The notes under the pieces: model-generated | Databases searched by the model: none | The model's input: the letters and a program-made list of their open reading frames with translations, nothing else | Told to the model about the DNA's origin: nothing | Position numbers and translations under genes: made by a program | NCBI GenBank assembly: GCA_965277715.1 | Contig: OZ255836.1 | Location: forward strand, 1,248,001 to 1,312,000 | DNA: 64,000 bases | DNA from: Gammaproteobacteria bacterium | GTDB taxonomy: Bacteria; Pseudomonadota; Gammaproteobacteria; JBCCGL01 | Reading direction: 5' to 3' | In this document: piece after piece, positions 1-12,381 of the stretch | Numbering within the stretch: the first letter of the stretch is position 1 | Layout: every line of letters begins with the position of its first letter

Positions 1-415
1 CAGACCCCATCGAGCCGCCCATAAAGCGAAATTCGAACGCTGCAGCGACCAACGGAACCCCGATGAGCTCACCTTTCATCACTACCAGGGCATCTTTTTC
101 ACCGGTGCTTTTCATATACTGCGTTAGCCGGTCTTTGTATTTTTTAGTGTCTTTGAATTTAAGTGTATCGACAGACTCCAGCTCAGCGGCGACCTCACTA
201 CAGGATTCCGGGTCAAAAAACCGCTTTAAGCGCAGGCGGGCGCCGATACGCATATGGTGGTTACATTTGGGGCACACATCCTGATTGCGTTCAAGTTCGG
301 CACGGTATAACACGTTGCTACAGCTATCGCATTTAGACCAGATACCTTCGGGCACATTTCCCTTACCACCGTTGCGGTGGGGGCGCGATGGAATGAGTTT
401 TTCAAACCAGCTCAT
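1..415 (-). CDS. accD: Acetyl-CoA carboxylase carboxyltransferase beta subunit (5' part; runs off window edge)
   Basis: Manual translation from ATG at 415: [60 protein letters not shown], with the AccD C4 zinc finger; usual position after trpA. Not in the ORF track. Confidence 0.95.
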   Translation of the reverse strand, partial: MSWFEKLIPSRPHRNGGKGNVPEGIWSKCDSCSNVLYRAELERNQDVCPKCNHHMRIGARLRLKRFFDPESCSEVAAELESVDTLKFKDTKKYKDRLTQYMKSTGEKDALVVMKGELIGVPLVAAAFEFRFMGGSMGS

Positions 416-493
416 ATTTTACTCCAGTGGTGGTGACAGGCGCGCCTGATAAGTGGATCGATGGGTGGATCAATGAATGGGAAGGCTGGCTAA

Positions 494-1312
494 TCAATTT
501 GAGCTATCGACCTGATCAATTGACTGGCGCAAGCCAGATACAAATGCCGTTATCTCTGCCAACATTGAGGCTTTGTCATCACCGTACTGGTCAATACGGG
601 AAACCACGGCGCTGCCAACGACCACCGCATCGGCAATACCCGCAACTTTGGCTGCCGATTCGGCGTCGCTGATACCAAAGCCGACACCCAATGGCAAGTC
701 TGTCATGGTGCGCAATGCCTGTAGACGGGCACCTACCTCGTCGGTATCGAGTGTGTTAGCACCGGTAACGCCTTTCAGTGACACGTAGTAAAGAAAGCCA
801 CTGGCGATATCCGCTATCTGCCGCATACGTGAGTCCGGGGTTGTCGGCGATAACAGGAATATCGGGTCGATGCCCTGTTGTTGCAGCGCGGGAATCAAAG
901 CTTCATTGGCATCCGGCGGCAGATCGACCGTTAATGCACCATCGATACCGGCTTGTGCAGCGCGCTCGGCAAAAACCTCGGCACCCAAGGCTTCGATAGG
1001 GTTCATATACCCCATTAACACGACAGGGGTTTGTGTATCTGTGGTGCGAAATCTGGCGACTATTGCCATTACATCGATTAGGTTAACCGCGTGTTTGAGT
1101 GCACGTTCGTGGGCTTTTTGAATCACCGGGCCATCGGCCATCGGGTCTGAAAAAGGGACACCCAACTCCAGAATATCCACACCCGCTGCAACGAGTGCGT
1201 GCATTTGTTCAACGGTGACATCCGGGTGCGGGTCTCCGGCGGCAATATAGATAATCAGCGCACGACGGTTTTCCTGTTTTAACGCGGCAAAACGCGATGC
1301 GATGCGGCTCAT
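494..1312 (-). CDS. trpA: Tryptophan synthase alpha chain
   Basis: [27 protein letters not shown] and GVGFGIS motifs; follows trpB. Confidence 0.98.
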   Translation of the reverse strand: MSRIASRFAALKQENRRALIIYIAAGDPHPDVTVEQMHALVAAGVDILELGVPFSDPMADGPVIQKAHERALKHAVNLIDVMAIVARFRTTDTQTPVVLMGYMNPIEALGAEVFAERAAQAGIDGALTVDLPPDANEALIPALQQQGIDPIFLLSPTTPDSRMRQIADIASGFLYYVSLKGVTGANTLDTDEVGARLQALRTMTDLPLGVGFGISDAESAAKVAGIADAVVVGSAVVSRIDQYGDDKASMLAEITAFVSGLRQSIDQVDSSN

Positions 1313-2520
1313 ATTTCGATACCCTGCAATTTGGCGATGGTGTTAATGTCTTTGTCACCCCGACCGGAGAGGTTGACGACAATGGACTGGTCTTTATCCA
1401 TACCCGGTGCCTCTTTCATCGCCTGGGCCACTGCATGGCTACTTTCCAGTGCGGGGATAATCCCTTCCAGGCGGGTGAGTTGGTGAAATGCATCGAGTGC
1501 CTCGTCATCGGTGATGGCGGTGTATTCGGCGCGCCCCTGGTCTTTTAACCAGGCGTGCTCCGGGCCGACACCGGGGTAATCCAGCCCGGCTGAAATAGAG
1601 TGCGTCTCGATGATTTGCCCTGCATTATTCTGCATTAGATAGGTGCGGTTACCGTGTAACACGCCCGGCGTGCCGGCGGTTAGCGGTGCGGCATGCCGCC
1701 CTGTTTCCACCCCATCGCCCCCTGCTTCGACCCCTAACATACGCACACCTGAATCACCGACGAACGGGTGGAACAGGCCCATCGCATTGGAGCCTCCCCC
1801 CACGCAGGCGATTAATAAATCGGGCAGGCGCCCGGTAATGTCCAGTGATTGCTGGCGTACTTCACGGCCAATCACCGAGTTGAAGTCACGCACCATCGTC
1901 GGGTAGGGGTCAGGCCCCGCGACAGTGCCAATGATGTAAAAGGTGTTATCGACATTGGTAACCCAGTCCCGCATCGCCTCATTCAGTGCATCTTTTAAGG
2001 TCTTTGAGCCAGAGGTTACCGGCACCACAGAAGCACCCAGTAAACGCATACGATAGACATTGGGTGATTGACGATGGATATCCTCCTCACCCATATACAC
2101 TACACACTCCATATCAAAGCGGGCGGCGACCGTGGCACTGGCGACGCCATGTTGCCCGGCACCGGTCTCGGCAATAATGCGTTTTTTACCCATGCGCTGC
2201 GCCAATAGTGCCTGGCCGATGGTATTGTTGATTTTATGTGCGCCAGTGTGATTGAGGTCCTCGCGTTTTAAATAGATTTGCGCACCGCCCAGTTTTTCAC
2301 TCAGGCGGCGTGCGTGATAAAGGGGGTTAGGCCGACCTACAAAGTGTTTTAACTCCCATTCAAAATCGTGTTTGAATTGTGGGTCATGCTGGTAACGTTT
2401 GTACGCTTCACGCAGCTCACTAACGGGTTCCATCAGGGTTTCAGCGATAAATACGCCGCCGTAACCGCCAAAGTAACCCCTTTCATCCGCCTGGCTAACC
2501 AGCCCCGTTTCACCGCTCAT
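1309..2520 (-). CDS. trpB: Tryptophan synthase beta chain
   Basis: [16 protein letters not shown] (PLP lysine), [33 protein letters not shown]; start placed at MSGETG (2520). Confidence 0.98.
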   Translation of the reverse strand: MSGETGLVSQADERGYFGGYGGVFIAETLMEPVSELREAYKRYQHDPQFKHDFEWELKHFVGRPNPLYHARRLSEKLGGAQIYLKREDLNHTGAHKINNTIGQALLAQRMGKKRIIAETGAGQHGVASATVAARFDMECVVYMGEEDIHRQSPNVYRMRLLGASVVPVTSGSKTLKDALNEAMRDWVTNVDNTFYIIGTVAGPDPYPTMVRDFNSVIGREVRQQSLDITGRLPDLLIACVGGGSNAMGLFHPFVGDSGVRMLGVEAGGDGVETGRHAAPLTAGTPGVLHGNRTYLMQNNAGQIIETHSISAGLDYPGVGPEHAWLKDQGRAEYTAITDDEALDAFHQLTRLEGIIPALESSHAVAQAMKEAPGMDKDQSIVVNLSGRGDKDINTIAKLQGIEI

Positions 2521-3163
2521 TGTGTTTTTGGTCGACAATGCGAACCTCCTCGACAAGTTTTTGCATGAGGGTGTAATCTTTCACACCCCGTTGTTTTTCA
2601 ACACCACTGCTCACATCGATAGCGTAAGGTTGTACAGTGCTTATTGCCTGTGCAACGTTTTGCGTATTGATACCACCCGCAAGGATGGTGGGCTTTTCAA
2701 TTGTAGGTACCTTTTGCCAATCAAATATTTTACCACTGCCCCCCGCTTTGCCGACACTGTTGCTATCGAGTAGAAAGCCGCGTGCCTGCGGGTGGTCGGC
2801 AACATAGGCAGCCACAGTCTTTATACCAATGCCTTTTTCACCACCCATCGGCACCGCTTTGATATAAGGCCGTGAGAAGCGGTTGCAAAAATCGGCATCT
2901 TCATTGCCGTGAAATTGTAAAAGGTCGATATCAAGCGCTTCCAGAACCGCAGCGACTTCATCGTACCCGGCATCCATAAATAAACCCGTTACGGTGACAA
3001 ACGGCGCCACTTCGGCCATTAGCCGCGTCGCTTGCGCGATGTTTACAGCCCGTGGGCTGTTGGGGTAAAACACCAGACCAATTGAATCAACGCCCAGTGC
3101 TGAAGCCCATTGAATTTCGACTTCCCGGGTTAAACCACAGATTTTGATACGGGTTCGTTTCAT
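2510..3163 (-). CDS. trpF: Phosphoribosylanthranilate isomerase
   Basis: [31 protein letters not shown]. Confidence 0.97.
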   Translation of the reverse strand: MKRTRIKICGLTREVEIQWASALGVDSIGLVFYPNSPRAVNIAQATRLMAEVAPFVTVTGLFMDAGYDEVAAVLEALDIDLLQFHGNEDADFCNRFSRPYIKAVPMGGEKGIGIKTVAAYVADHPQARGFLLDSNSVGKAGGSGKIFDWQKVPTIEKPTILAGGINTQNVAQAISTVQPYAIDVSSGVEKQRGVKDYTLMQKLVEEVRIVDQKHNER

Positions 3164-3270
3164 CGAGGCAAAGCAGGCAGTTCAAGGGCATTAACCATAA
3201 CAGAATTTCGTCAATTTTTGTTGGGCCAATAGAGGGGGATGCCCACGTCGGTTCGAGGGCAAGGGCTTTT

Positions 3271-4065
3271 TTACAGCACACCGTTAGTAGACGGTGTGCC
3301 AGGTACATCCATCACCGGCACATTAAATACTTCAGGGTAAGTCGGCCCCATAAAGTACAGGCCATGGGCCGGGGCAGTCATGCCACCGCGTGTTCTGTCT
3401 CGGCTTTCCAATACCTGCCAAACCCAGTCGGGGGGCACTTCCCCCCTACCGACCTTTAGCAGTGTACCCACGATAATACGTACCATATTGTGTAAAAACG
3501 CATTGGCCATAATATCGATGTAGATAGACGTACCCTGACTACTAATCGCCAATTGCATAAGCTCCCGTACCGGGCTTTTTGCCTGGCATCCAGCCGCCCT
3601 AAAAGCACTGAAATCGTGTTTACCCAGCAGATAGCTGGCCGCTTTAGACATCGCACTGATATCCAGCGTTTGGTAAATCCACGTGGCACGCTTATCCCAT
3701 AGCGCAGAGCGCGCTTTGGCGTTTAGGATAATGTACCGATAACGACGGGAAAGCGCTGAGTAGCGGGCGTGAAAATCATCGCTGACCGGGCTGACCATCG
3801 TAACGGCAACATCGTGAGGTAGGGTGGTATTACTCCCCATCACCCAGGCTTTGATTGACCGGTTTGCGTTGCTATCAAAGTGAACAATCTGACCAAGCCC
3901 GTGCACGCCGGTATCAGTGCGGCCCGCGCAGACGACCGCTACCGGTTCATCGGCCACACGACTTAAGGCGGCTTCGAGCGTTGCCTGCACCGATCTATCG
4001 TGGGTTTGCCGCTGCCAACCGTGAAACGCTGAGCCGTTGTATTCTATTCTGGCAGCATATCGCAT
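3271..4065 (-). CDS. truA: tRNA pseudouridine(38-40) synthase
   Basis: IEYNGSAFHGWQRQ, AGRTDTGVH, FHARYSA, FLHNMVRIIVG, TAPAHGLYF; start at MRYAAR. Confidence 0.97.
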   Translation of the reverse strand: MRYAARIEYNGSAFHGWQRQTHDRSVQATLEAALSRVADEPVAVVCAGRTDTGVHGLGQIVHFDSNANRSIKAWVMGSNTTLPHDVAVTMVSPVSDDFHARYSALSRRYRYIILNAKARSALWDKRATWIYQTLDISAMSKAASYLLGKHDFSAFRAAGCQAKSPVRELMQLAISSQGTSIYIDIMANAFLHNMVRIIVGTLLKVGRGEVPPDWVWQVLESRDRTRGGMTAPAHGLYFMGPTYPEVFNVPVMDVPGTPSTNGVL

Positions 4066-4143
4066 AGTGTTTAAACATAATAAGGCGCCATACGGCACCT
4101 CATAACAACGGTGGGTATTCGAGGTAAGCGCAGGGAAATTTAT

Positions 4144-7125
4144 TTACGACAACTGTTTCAGCAATGCCTTCGCTTCTGCTTTTTGCTCGTCATTACCCGC
4201 AGTCACAATTTCATCCAAGGCACTGGCAGCACTTTCAGTATCACCCATATCGATATAGGCCTTTGCCAGATCAAGCATAGTATCGACCTCACCCAGATCA
4301 TCAAGGCCAAATTCGTCATCCAGTATATTGGCCGTGCTGTCGATGGTGGAATCAAATTCCTGGCTAAGCTCCATTGTGTCATCGAGCCCAACAGTTGAAG
4401 CGCCGACCACTAGCTCATCGTTTTCTACACTGAGAATATCCTGCTCGATATTGGCGTCAGATACATCGCCAACATCAAACGCCTCTATGCTGACAGGTAT
4501 TTCGGCTTCGGCACCAAGTTGCTCCAATTCGATTGGCATATCCATCGAATCAGCCAGTTTTTCACTGGCTTTGGCTTCATCCCTGCTATCGTCAATATCA
4601 AAGCTTTCAAGCTCAATCTCCATATCACTGTCAAAATCGAGCACAGCCGGTTCGCCAGCACCCGTTTGGGTTATCTCGTCGAAGGCATCCATATTGTCAA
4701 TGCCAAACTCCACCAGATCCTCATTGACTGGCTCACTCTCGACATCTTCCAACACATTTTCCATAAAATTGTCTTCATCCAGTGAGTCGAAAGCCGCACT
4801 ATTATCCGCGTCATCGTCATAATCAGGGATATCGGTATCGGAGAATTCAATATCACCAATGGTGTCCTCTGTTGGCGGTTCCTCTACATCGCCTAGCCCG
4901 GTGGTGGCCGCCAATTCTGGTGAACGGTTTTTCACCGGTGGGGACGTATCGAAATCCAATGCCGATTCAGCACTGGTGCGTTGCCCGTCTCCACCAAACA
5001 AAGGATTTTCAGGCGCAAGTTCACTACCCATAGAGGCAATGCGACTCCAGGTATCTGGGTCAGTACTGGCCGTTAACTGATGAACACGCTCTGCCGCATC
5101 GACAAACGAATCCTTGTTTTTAGCCGCATAATAGGTTTCAGCTAATTTAACCTGGTAGTCAACCTTATCCGGGTTGTTTTTAATCGCCGATTTCAATAGA
5201 TCTTCAGCCTGGCTGAATAAGCCATAGGCAAGATAAACATCTGATTCTGCAATAGTGTCATCCTTTGCAGCCTCAGGCGACTTTGCCTGTGATTGAGTAT
5301 CGCCCGACAAATCAGTCGGCGGCTCACTTTCGGCTTGATTTTCAATAATGACTGTACTGATACTATCGAGTTCTTCGTCTCTGATATTAGGTACTACAGG
5401 AATACCTGGTTCAGTATCAATATCTTCAAACAAACTTGAATCTACGGCATCAACACCCTCATCGACTAAATCCACCTGGTCGTTATCGAGTAAAAAATCC
5501 TGATCATCTTCAAAATTCGCTGCGATGTCGTCGTCACTATCATCATTATCTGCCAGATTACCTGCCAGAATTGAAGCGCCAATATCGAGTTCATCATCAT
5601 CGTCCCGATTGAGATCCAGCTCTTCATCTTCATCCTCGTTCTGCCTGTGTCGACGCACCAGCATAAAAATAACCGCCAACAACAGTACCAGGACACCGGC
5701 GCCTATCAGCAAAAATATCGGTGATCCCAATAATTTATCCACAAAAGATTTTGTTGGCGGTAAAGGTGTTATCGGCGTCGAAGAGGGGGTAACGGGCTGT
5801 GGTTCAGGTATTGTTACCGGCTCCGTTGGAAGACTGGATGGCGCCGTTTCTGTCACAACAGGCGCACCCACCTGCGCTGCTTTATCATCGGCCAGCTTAT
5901 TTTGTAATTCAGCCAGTTCTGATTCACGCAATGTAATTAAACGTTCCATTTTAGACACTGTCTGCTCCAGGCTGCTAACCCGCGACTGCAATTCCTCATT
6001 GAGAAGTTTTTCCGCTTCCACTTCTTCATTTGCCAGTGATAACTGTGTTTGCAGACCTATCAGTTCAGTGGCTGATTCCGCCGAGGCTGCGACACCAGCA
6101 GCCTGTGTGGCTGCGCTCTGCTCAGCGAGAAGTTTTAATTCGTCACTATTATCGATGACCGGATTGGCAATGGTCGGTTGCTGCACCGGTTCGACACGCG
6201 GTTCCGTTTGCTCGCTTTGCTGTGTAGCCCGATTTGTAAGTCGGCTCTGTACACTTTCGCGGTAGGTATTCCACAGGGCCGTCTGTTGCTTAACAAGCTT
6301 AATCGCCTCCGCCCTGGTGACAGTTGTTGTATCACCCTGGGGAATGCGCAAAATAGCGCCCTTGCGCAACAAATTGATATTGTCTCTCAAAAACGCATCG
6401 GGGTTGGCACGTGAAATGGCGATCACCATTTGTTGCACCGACATCCAACTGGGTTTGGAACGTTGGGCGATGGACCACAGCGTTTCGCCTTGCTTAACCG
6501 GCCCATACTCTCTAACAGCAACAGCAGGCGCAACTGGCACGGCAACCGGTTGTTTGGTAACAGCAGGTTTGGCTGCTTGCGACCCTGCAGTCTGCGCCAA
6601 TGATGCCGCCTGAGGCTGAGGTTCAGGCACAAACACAGGTTCACTCGGTGGTTTAGCGGGCTCCTCTGGTATTTCAAGCGCTTCGACAACCGGGGCTTGT
6701 GGCGCTTCACCCGATTGTGCCTGTTGTGTCATAAACACGGGGGGATCCAGTAGTAGTGTGTACTCCCGCACCAGGCGACCACGCGGCCAGCCCACCTCCA
6801 CCAGGAAATTCAGAAAGGGTTCAACAATGGGCTTGCTGCTGGTAACAGCAATATAGGATGCGCCATTCTCATGGGTGCGCACAGTAAAGCGCAATTGTCG
6901 CAGTATTGCTGGCCGATCTATACCCGCACGCAAAAAGGCATCTTCCGATGCCAGTTTAGCGACCATGTCATTGGTTTCACCCTCACGCACAGACAGGAGC
7001 TTAATCTCCGCACGCAACGGTTGATTGAGAGCGGATGATATTTCAATCTCCCCCAGCCCAAATGCATAGGCCCAGCCCGACGCCAATGTCAGGGTAAACA
7101 GTGTAGCCGCTAGTATATTGCGCAC
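4144..7125 (-). CDS. fimV: FimV/HubP family polar landmark protein
   Basis: Signal peptide, GLGEIEISSALNQPLRAEI N-terminus, REYTLLLDPP, LysM (VKQGETLWSIA), coiled coil, TM helix, acidic region, C-terminal LDLAKAYIDMGD; lies between asd and truA. Confidence 0.95.
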   Translation of the reverse strand: MRNILAATLFTLTLASGWAYAFGLGEIEISSALNQPLRAEIKLLSVREGETNDMVAKLASEDAFLRAGIDRPAILRQLRFTVRTHENGASYIAVTSSKPIVEPFLNFLVEVGWPRGRLVREYTLLLDPPVFMTQQAQSGEAPQAPVVEALEIPEEPAKPPSEPVFVPEPQPQAASLAQTAGSQAAKPAVTKQPVAVPVAPAVAVREYGPVKQGETLWSIAQRSKPSWMSVQQMVIAISRANPDAFLRDNINLLRKGAILRIPQGDTTTVTRAEAIKLVKQQTALWNTYRESVQSRLTNRATQQSEQTEPRVEPVQQPTIANPVIDNSDELKLLAEQSAATQAAGVAASAESATELIGLQTQLSLANEEVEAEKLLNEELQSRVSSLEQTVSKMERLITLRESELAELQNKLADDKAAQVGAPVVTETAPSSLPTEPVTIPEPQPVTPSSTPITPLPPTKSFVDKLLGSPIFLLIGAGVLVLLLAVIFMLVRRHRQNEDEDEELDLNRDDDDELDIGASILAGNLADNDDSDDDIAANFEDDQDFLLDNDQVDLVDEGVDAVDSSLFEDIDTEPGIPVVPNIRDEELDSISTVIIENQAESEPPTDLSGDTQSQAKSPEAAKDDTIAESDVYLAYGLFSQAEDLLKSAIKNNPDKVDYQVKLAETYYAAKNKDSFVDAAERVHQLTASTDPDTWSRIASMGSELAPENPLFGGDGQRTSAESALDFDTSPPVKNRSPELAATTGLGDVEEPPTEDTIGDIEFSDTDIPDYDDDADNSAAFDSLDEDNFMENVLEDVESEPVNEDLVEFGIDNMDAFDEITQTGAGEPAVLDFDSDMEIELESFDIDDSRDEAKASEKLADSMDMPIELEQLGAEAEIPVSIEAFDVGDVSDANIEQDILSVENDELVVGASTVGLDDTMELSQEFDSTIDSTANILDDEFGLDDLGEVDTMLDLAKAYIDMGDTESAASALDEIVTAGNDEQKAEAKALLKQLS

Positions 7126-7345
7126 GTTTTCTTACGCTCTCTCAGATTATTATCCACAGGTATTGCGCCATTACAGGTTATTGTTGCTATTAGAGCCTGG
7201 AAAAAGGCATGTGTACACCCAAAATCCCCAGACCTTTAAATATATCACTATTTGGCAATTATTCCTTTTCAACCAGTGACATGTGTATCTTTTTGTAGAA
7301 TATACTTTAAAGAAGTAACTTTAACAATCTGTAGATAACTATAGG

Positions 7346-8368
7346 TTATATATGTTCTTTTATCAAAACCTCTGCGATTTGGATGCTGTTGAGTGCTGCA
7401 CCTTTCCTGACATTGTCAGATACCACCCACATATTGAGACCGGTTGGGTGCGAGATATCCTCACGAATACGCCCTACAAACACCGGGTCTGAGTCTGCCG
7501 CTTCAGTCACTGCAGTGGGGTAACCGCCCTCTTTTCGTTCATCCATAACGACCACCCCATCGGTTTTTTCGAGCAATTCACGTGCCGCCTCTGCACTGAT
7601 TTTTTCCCGTGTTTCAATATGCACGGCCTCTGAGTGCCCATAGAATACAGGGATTCGCACACAGGTTGGGTTAACAGTAATCGTATCGTCTTCAAATATC
7701 TTGCGGGTTTCCCACACCATTTTCATCTCTTCTTTGGTATAGCCATTTTCCTGGAAAGTGTCTATGTGTGGCAAAGCATTAAAGGCAATTTGCTTAGGGT
7801 AGACATCACACGCTATCGGTTTGCCATTGAGTAATTTGGCTGTTTGCCCCGCCAGCTCTTCGATAGCCTCCTTTCCTGTGCCCGATACCGCCTGGTAGGT
7901 ACTGACGTTAATCCGCTGGATACCGACAGCATCGTAAATGGGCTTCAATGCCACGAGCATTTGAATGGTCGAGCAATTGGGGTTGGCAATGATACCTGTA
8001 TTGCTGTACTGCGCGATAGCATGGGGGTTAACCTCTGGCACAACGAGCGGTTTATCATCGTCGTAGCGAAATTGTGAGGTGTTATCAATGACCACACAAC
8101 CCGCCGCCGCTGCTTTTGGCGCATACACCGCAGAAATAGAAGCACCCGCTGAGAACAAACCAATCTGCACCTGGCTAAAATCGAAATCAGCCAGATTCTG
8201 TATAGTGAGTTGGGTATCGCCAAATGCAACACGCTTGCCTACAGAGCGCTCGCTGGCCAATGCATAGACCTTGTTCACCGGAAATTGACGCTGCGCGAGG
8301 ATGGATAACATCGCATCGCCCACCGCGCCAGTAGCGCCGACCACCGCTACATCGTATCGCTTACTCAT
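7346..8368 (-). CDS. asd: Aspartate-semialdehyde dehydrogenase
   Basis: VVGATGAVG, IIANPNCSTIQ, STYQAVSG, DNVRKGAALN. Confidence 0.97.
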   Translation of the reverse strand: MSKRYDVAVVGATGAVGDAMLSILAQRQFPVNKVYALASERSVGKRVAFGDTQLTIQNLADFDFSQVQIGLFSAGASISAVYAPKAAAAGCVVIDNTSQFRYDDDKPLVVPEVNPHAIAQYSNTGIIANPNCSTIQMLVALKPIYDAVGIQRINVSTYQAVSGTGKEAIEELAGQTAKLLNGKPIACDVYPKQIAFNALPHIDTFQENGYTKEEMKMVWETRKIFEDDTITVNPTCVRIPVFYGHSEAVHIETREKISAEAARELLEKTDGVVVMDERKEGGYPTAVTEAADSDPVFVGRIREDISHPTGLNMWVVSDNVRKGAALNSIQIAEVLIKEHI

Positions 8369-8409
8369 AACTTCTCTCTACCTTCTTACCTATTTTTGAA
8401 AACATTGGT

Positions 8410-9489
8410 TTATCTATTTTTTAACGCGTCGAGTATGGCATCACCCATTTCAACCGTTGTCGTCTTTTGTGCCCCATTACTTAAGTCCGCTGTGCGCAGG
8501 CCACTGTCCAGTACATCGCCAACAGCCGATTCAATACGGCCTGCCAATTCAGGGGTGTCCAACGAATAGCGCAGCATCATTGCCACTGACAAAATAGTCG
8601 CCAGCGGGTTAGCCATACCTGTTCCGGCAATATCCGGTGCAGAGCCATGTATGGGTTCGTACATGCCCTGCCCCTGGCTGTTTAGCGATGCAGACGGCAA
8701 CATACCGATCGAGCCGGTTAACATCGCCGCTGCATCAGACAGAATATCGCCAAACATATTGGTAGTCACCAGCACATCAAATTGCTTGGGTGCGCGCACC
8801 AACTGCATGGCGGCGTTGTCGACGTACATATGCGAGAGGGTTACCTCTGGGTAGTCTTTTGCCACTGTTTCCATAACATCACGCCACAACTCCGAGACTT
8901 CCAGCACATTCATTTTATCGACCGAGCAAACGCGCCGATCCCGTTTCATGGCAATATCAAACGCACTGCGGCCAATGCGGTCGATTTCAGATTCGGTGTA
9001 GGCCATTGTGTTGAAACCACGGCGCTGCCCATCGGCAAGTGTTTCAATGCCGCGTGGCTGACCAAAGTAAATGCCGCCCGTCAGTTCGCGAACAAACATA
9101 ATATCCAAGTCGGCTACCAGCTCTGTTTTCAGTGAGGAGGCGTCGGCCAGTTGTGAGTACAACATCGCCGGGCGAAGGTTGGAAAACAGGTCCATTGCAG
9201 AACGCAAACCCAGCAGCGCACGCTCCGGGCGCAGTTCACGCGGTAGACTATCGTATTGTGGCCCACCGACAGCGCCGAGTAAGATCGCATCCGATGCCTG
9301 GCACAGCGCCAGAGTATCATCGGGTAACGATTTGCCCGAGGCATCGTAACCGGCACCACCGAAAGGTGCCTCGCTCAGTACCGCATCGAAACCAAAATCA
9401 GTTTGCAAACACTCTATAACCCGAACGGCTTCGGCGATAATTTCAGGGCCGATGCCATCACCGGGTAGTATGGCAATTTTTTTTGTCAT
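8410..9489 (-). CDS. leuB: 3-isopropylmalate dehydrogenase
   Basis: [42 protein letters not shown]. Confidence 0.98.
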   Translation of the reverse strand: MTKKIAILPGDGIGPEIIAEAVRVIECLQTDFGFDAVLSEAPFGGAGYDASGKSLPDDTLALCQASDAILLGAVGGPQYDSLPRELRPERALLGLRSAMDLFSNLRPAMLYSQLADASSLKTELVADLDIMFVRELTGGIYFGQPRGIETLADGQRRGFNTMAYTESEIDRIGRSAFDIAMKRDRRVCSVDKMNVLEVSELWRDVMETVAKDYPEVTLSHMYVDNAAMQLVRAPKQFDVLVTTNMFGDILSDAAAMLTGSIGMLPSASLNSQGQGMYEPIHGSAPDIAGTGMANPLATILSVAMMLRYSLDTPELAGRIESAVGDVLDSGLRTADLSNGAQKTTTVEMGDAILDALKNR

Positions 9490-9538
9490 TCTGGTCTCCA
9501 GATACTATTTAAAAAGCAGTGAATACAACCCAAAGGCT

Positions 9539-10213
9539 TCACATCGGTTGGCATTGCTCAGCCGCTGCCACCCATTCACGCACAAATGGCGACGCCAACT
9601 GTGCATCGACATAGCGTTTTGATTGGGTTTCGAGGGTGATGGCATAGCCGTAAAAACGCATAGCCATCGGTGCAAAAAAAGCATCGGCAATTGACCATTG
9701 GGAAAATAGCCACGGCGAATCGCCTTCACGGTTTGCCAGGCACCCTGACCAACAGGCCTGTACACGCGCAATTTGCTTAAGGCAGTCTTCAGACAACGCA
9801 ATGGCTTCAGGTGAGCGCCGACAGTCCATCGGCATCTCAGTGCGAATCATTTCAAACCCCGCGTGCATTTCTGCACACAGGGCGCGGGCATGAGCGCGCT
9901 GGTGCTGCGCAGCAGGCCACAGCGATGGGTGTTGTTCGGCGAGGTATTCGACTATGGCCAAAGAATCGCGCACAGGCAAATCCCCATCGAGCAATACCGG
10001 CACTGTTTCTGCACCCGAGACAGCGCGCAATAACACAGCACCCTCACGCTGAAATATAGGCATGTGCACTGTTTCAAACGCCACATCAATATGCTTTAAA
10101 CACAACCAGACTCGCATCGACCAGGTGGAGTTGTACAGATTATCGATATACAGTGTCAGCTTACCGGATTGATCTACCACACCCCCCGGTGGGTTTACAC
10201 AAGATGCATTCAT
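9539..10213 (-). CDS. Glutathione S-transferase family protein
   Basis: STWSMRVWL (cf. SSWSLRPWL), VPVL, DSLAIVEYLAE, AEMHAGF, SIADAFFAP. Confidence 0.85.
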   Translation of the reverse strand: MNASCVNPPGGVVDQSGKLTLYIDNLYNSTWSMRVWLCLKHIDVAFETVHMPIFQREGAVLLRAVSGAETVPVLLDGDLPVRDSLAIVEYLAEQHPSLWPAAQHQRAHARALCAEMHAGFEMIRTEMPMDCRRSPEAIALSEDCLKQIARVQACWSGCLANREGDSPWLFSQWSIADAFFAPMAMRFYGYAITLETQSKRYVDAQLASPFVREWVAAAEQCQPM

Positions 10214-10852
10214 CTAAGCAAACAACCAGGGGCTTTGTGCGCGGCGTTGTTCTTCATACGCCCGGATCTCATCGGCATGTTGCAAGGTCAGGCCAATATC
10301 ATCCAGGCCTTGTAACAGGCATTTTTTGCGAAACGTGTCGACATCAAACGAAAAACGCTCACCTTCAGGAGTGTTTATCAATTGCCCGTCCAAATCAATT
10401 TCGAGTTGGTAGCCGGGTTGATTCAGTGTGGCTTGCATCAGGCGTTCGACGGTGGTTTCATCGAGCACGATGGGTAACACACCGCTTTTGAAGCAGTTAT
10501 TAAAGAAAATATCGGCAAAGCTGGGGGCGATCACAACACGAAACCCAAAGTCATCCAGCGCCCAGACCGCATGCTCACGTGACGAGCCACAACCAAAATT
10601 TTCCCGCGCCAGTAAAATAGTCGTGCCCGTATAACGCGGCTGATTGAGGACAAAATCCGGGTTTGGCCGACGGCCACTGTGATCCATACCCGGCTCACCC
10701 GGATCGAGGTATCGCCAGTCGTCAAATAAGGTAACCCCAAAACCACTGCGCTTGATTGATTTGAGGTATTGCTTGGGGATGATCGCATCGGTATCGACAT
10801 TGGCACGGTCCATCGGTGCAACCAGGCCAGATAGTTTGCTAAATTTTCGCAT
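10214..10852 (-). CDS. leuD: 3-isopropylmalate dehydratase small subunit
   Basis: [42 protein letters not shown]. Confidence 0.98.
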   Translation of the reverse strand: MRKFSKLSGLVAPMDRANVDTDAIIPKQYLKSIKRSGFGVTLFDDWRYLDPGEPGMDHSGRRPNPDFVLNQPRYTGTTILLARENFGCGSSREHAVWALDDFGFRVVIAPSFADIFFNNCFKSGVLPIVLDETTVERLMQATLNQPGYQLEIDLDGQLINTPEGERFSFDVDTFRKKCLLQGLDDIGLTLQHADEIRAYEEQRRAQSPWLFA

Positions 10853-10864
10853 GGTTCAGTACCT

Positions 10865-12268
10865 TCAATAATCGCGTGCGTCGACGAAGTGGCCCGCCAG
10901 TGCGGCGGCGGCGGCCATCGCCGGGCTGACCAGGTGAGTGCGCCCACCCTGCCCCTGTCGGCCTTCAAAATTGCGATTGGATGTAGACGCACAACGCTCA
11001 CCTGGCGCCAACCTGTCGGCATTCATGGCCAGGCACATCGAGCAACCTGGTTCACGCCATTCAAAGCCCGCCGCCAGGAACACCTTATCCAGCCCCTCCT
11101 CTTCCGCCTGGCGCTTGACCAGACCCGAACCCGGCACCACCATTGCCAGGGCAACCGACTCTGCCACCTTGCGCCCTTTTATCACTTCAGCAGCAGCGCG
11201 CATATCTTCAATACGCGAGTTGGTACAGGAGCCAATAAAGACCTTATCGATGGCAATATCAGTGATGTTAATCCCGCTCGACAAACCCATATACGCCAGT
11301 GCCTTTTGCATACCATCGGCCTGGGTATCGTTGGCTGCATGCAGTGGGTCTGGCACCTGGCTATCGATACCTACCACCATTTCGGGCGACGTACCCCAGG
11401 TCACCTGCGGTACAATCGATTGCGCATTGAGGTGCACTACCTTATCGAATTCGGCACCGTCATCACTGCGTAAGTTGCGCCACTGGTCGAGCGCCGCATC
11501 GCGGTGTTCCGCGCCTGGTGCGTAGGGGCGACCAGTAAGGTAATCGATGGTTGTTTCATCGACGGCGACCATCCCGGCCCGTGCGCCAGCCTCAATGGCC
11601 ATATTGCAGAGTGTCATACGGCCTTCCATTGATAGTGCACGGATCGCCTCACCACCAAATTCAACCGCATAGCCTGTACCACCGGCAGTGCCGATCTCGC
11701 CAATAATAGCGAGGGCGATGTCTTTTGCAGTAACCCCTGCCCCCACATCACCATCGACACTGACCAACATATTTTTGGATTTCTTTTGAATCAGGCACTG
11801 CGTCGCCATTACATGTTCGACTTCTGAGGTGCCAATACCAAATGCCAGCGCACCAAACGCACCGTGCGTAGCGGTATGGGAGTCACCGCAGACCACTGTC
11901 ATGCCCGGTAGGGTTGCGCCCTGCTCAGGACCAATAATATGCACAATACCGCGACGCACATCCCCCATATCAAATAAAGTCACCCCTTGCTCGTGGCAGT
12001 TTTTTTGCAGCGTTTCAACCTGAACGCGTGACACTGGATCCGCAATACCCTCTTCAAGGCGGGTTGTCGGTGTATTGTGATCGGGAACGGCCAGCATGGA
12101 GCCAGTGCGCCACAGCGATCGCCCGGCGATCTGCAAGCCTTCAAAAGCTTGCGGCGAGGTTACTTCGTGCACCAGGTGGCGGTCGATATACAGCAGTGCA
12201 GTGCCATCATCTTCGCTGCGCACCACATGGGCATCCCACAATTTATCGTAGAGTGTTTTAGCAGCCAT
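10865..12268 (-). CDS. leuC: 3-isopropylmalate dehydratase large subunit
   Basis: [48 protein letters not shown]; start at MAAKTLYDK. Confidence 0.98.
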   Translation of the reverse strand: MAAKTLYDKLWDAHVVRSEDDGTALLYIDRHLVHEVTSPQAFEGLQIAGRSLWRTGSMLAVPDHNTPTTRLEEGIADPVSRVQVETLQKNCHEQGVTLFDMGDVRRGIVHIIGPEQGATLPGMTVVCGDSHTATHGAFGALAFGIGTSEVEHVMATQCLIQKKSKNMLVSVDGDVGAGVTAKDIALAIIGEIGTAGGTGYAVEFGGEAIRALSMEGRMTLCNMAIEAGARAGMVAVDETTIDYLTGRPYAPGAEHRDAALDQWRNLRSDDGAEFDKVVHLNAQSIVPQVTWGTSPEMVVGIDSQVPDPLHAANDTQADGMQKALAYMGLSSGINITDIAIDKVFIGSCTNSRIEDMRAAAEVIKGRKVAESVALAMVVPGSGLVKRQAEEEGLDKVFLAAGFEWREPGCSMCLAMNADRLAPGERCASTSNRNFEGRQGQGGRTHLVSPAMAAAAALAGHFVDARDY

Positions 12269-12381
12269 CGATTGTTCCAAAGGTTTTAAGTGGCGGCATA
12301 GTAGCGCCAGGTTATTCATAACTCAAATGCATTATTTTCATATAAAATATTCCAATCAAGAATAATGAGTAATGCCATTGT

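Noticed and set aside
3160-3198. Mini-[15 protein letters not shown] overlapping the trpF start, as a possible attenuator leader
   Set aside because: No Trp codons and no terminator/antiterminator structure seen.
4328-6265. Ser-rich plus-strand ORFs (164 and 246 aa)
   Set aside because: Antisense shadows of the acidic and coiled-coil regions of FimV.
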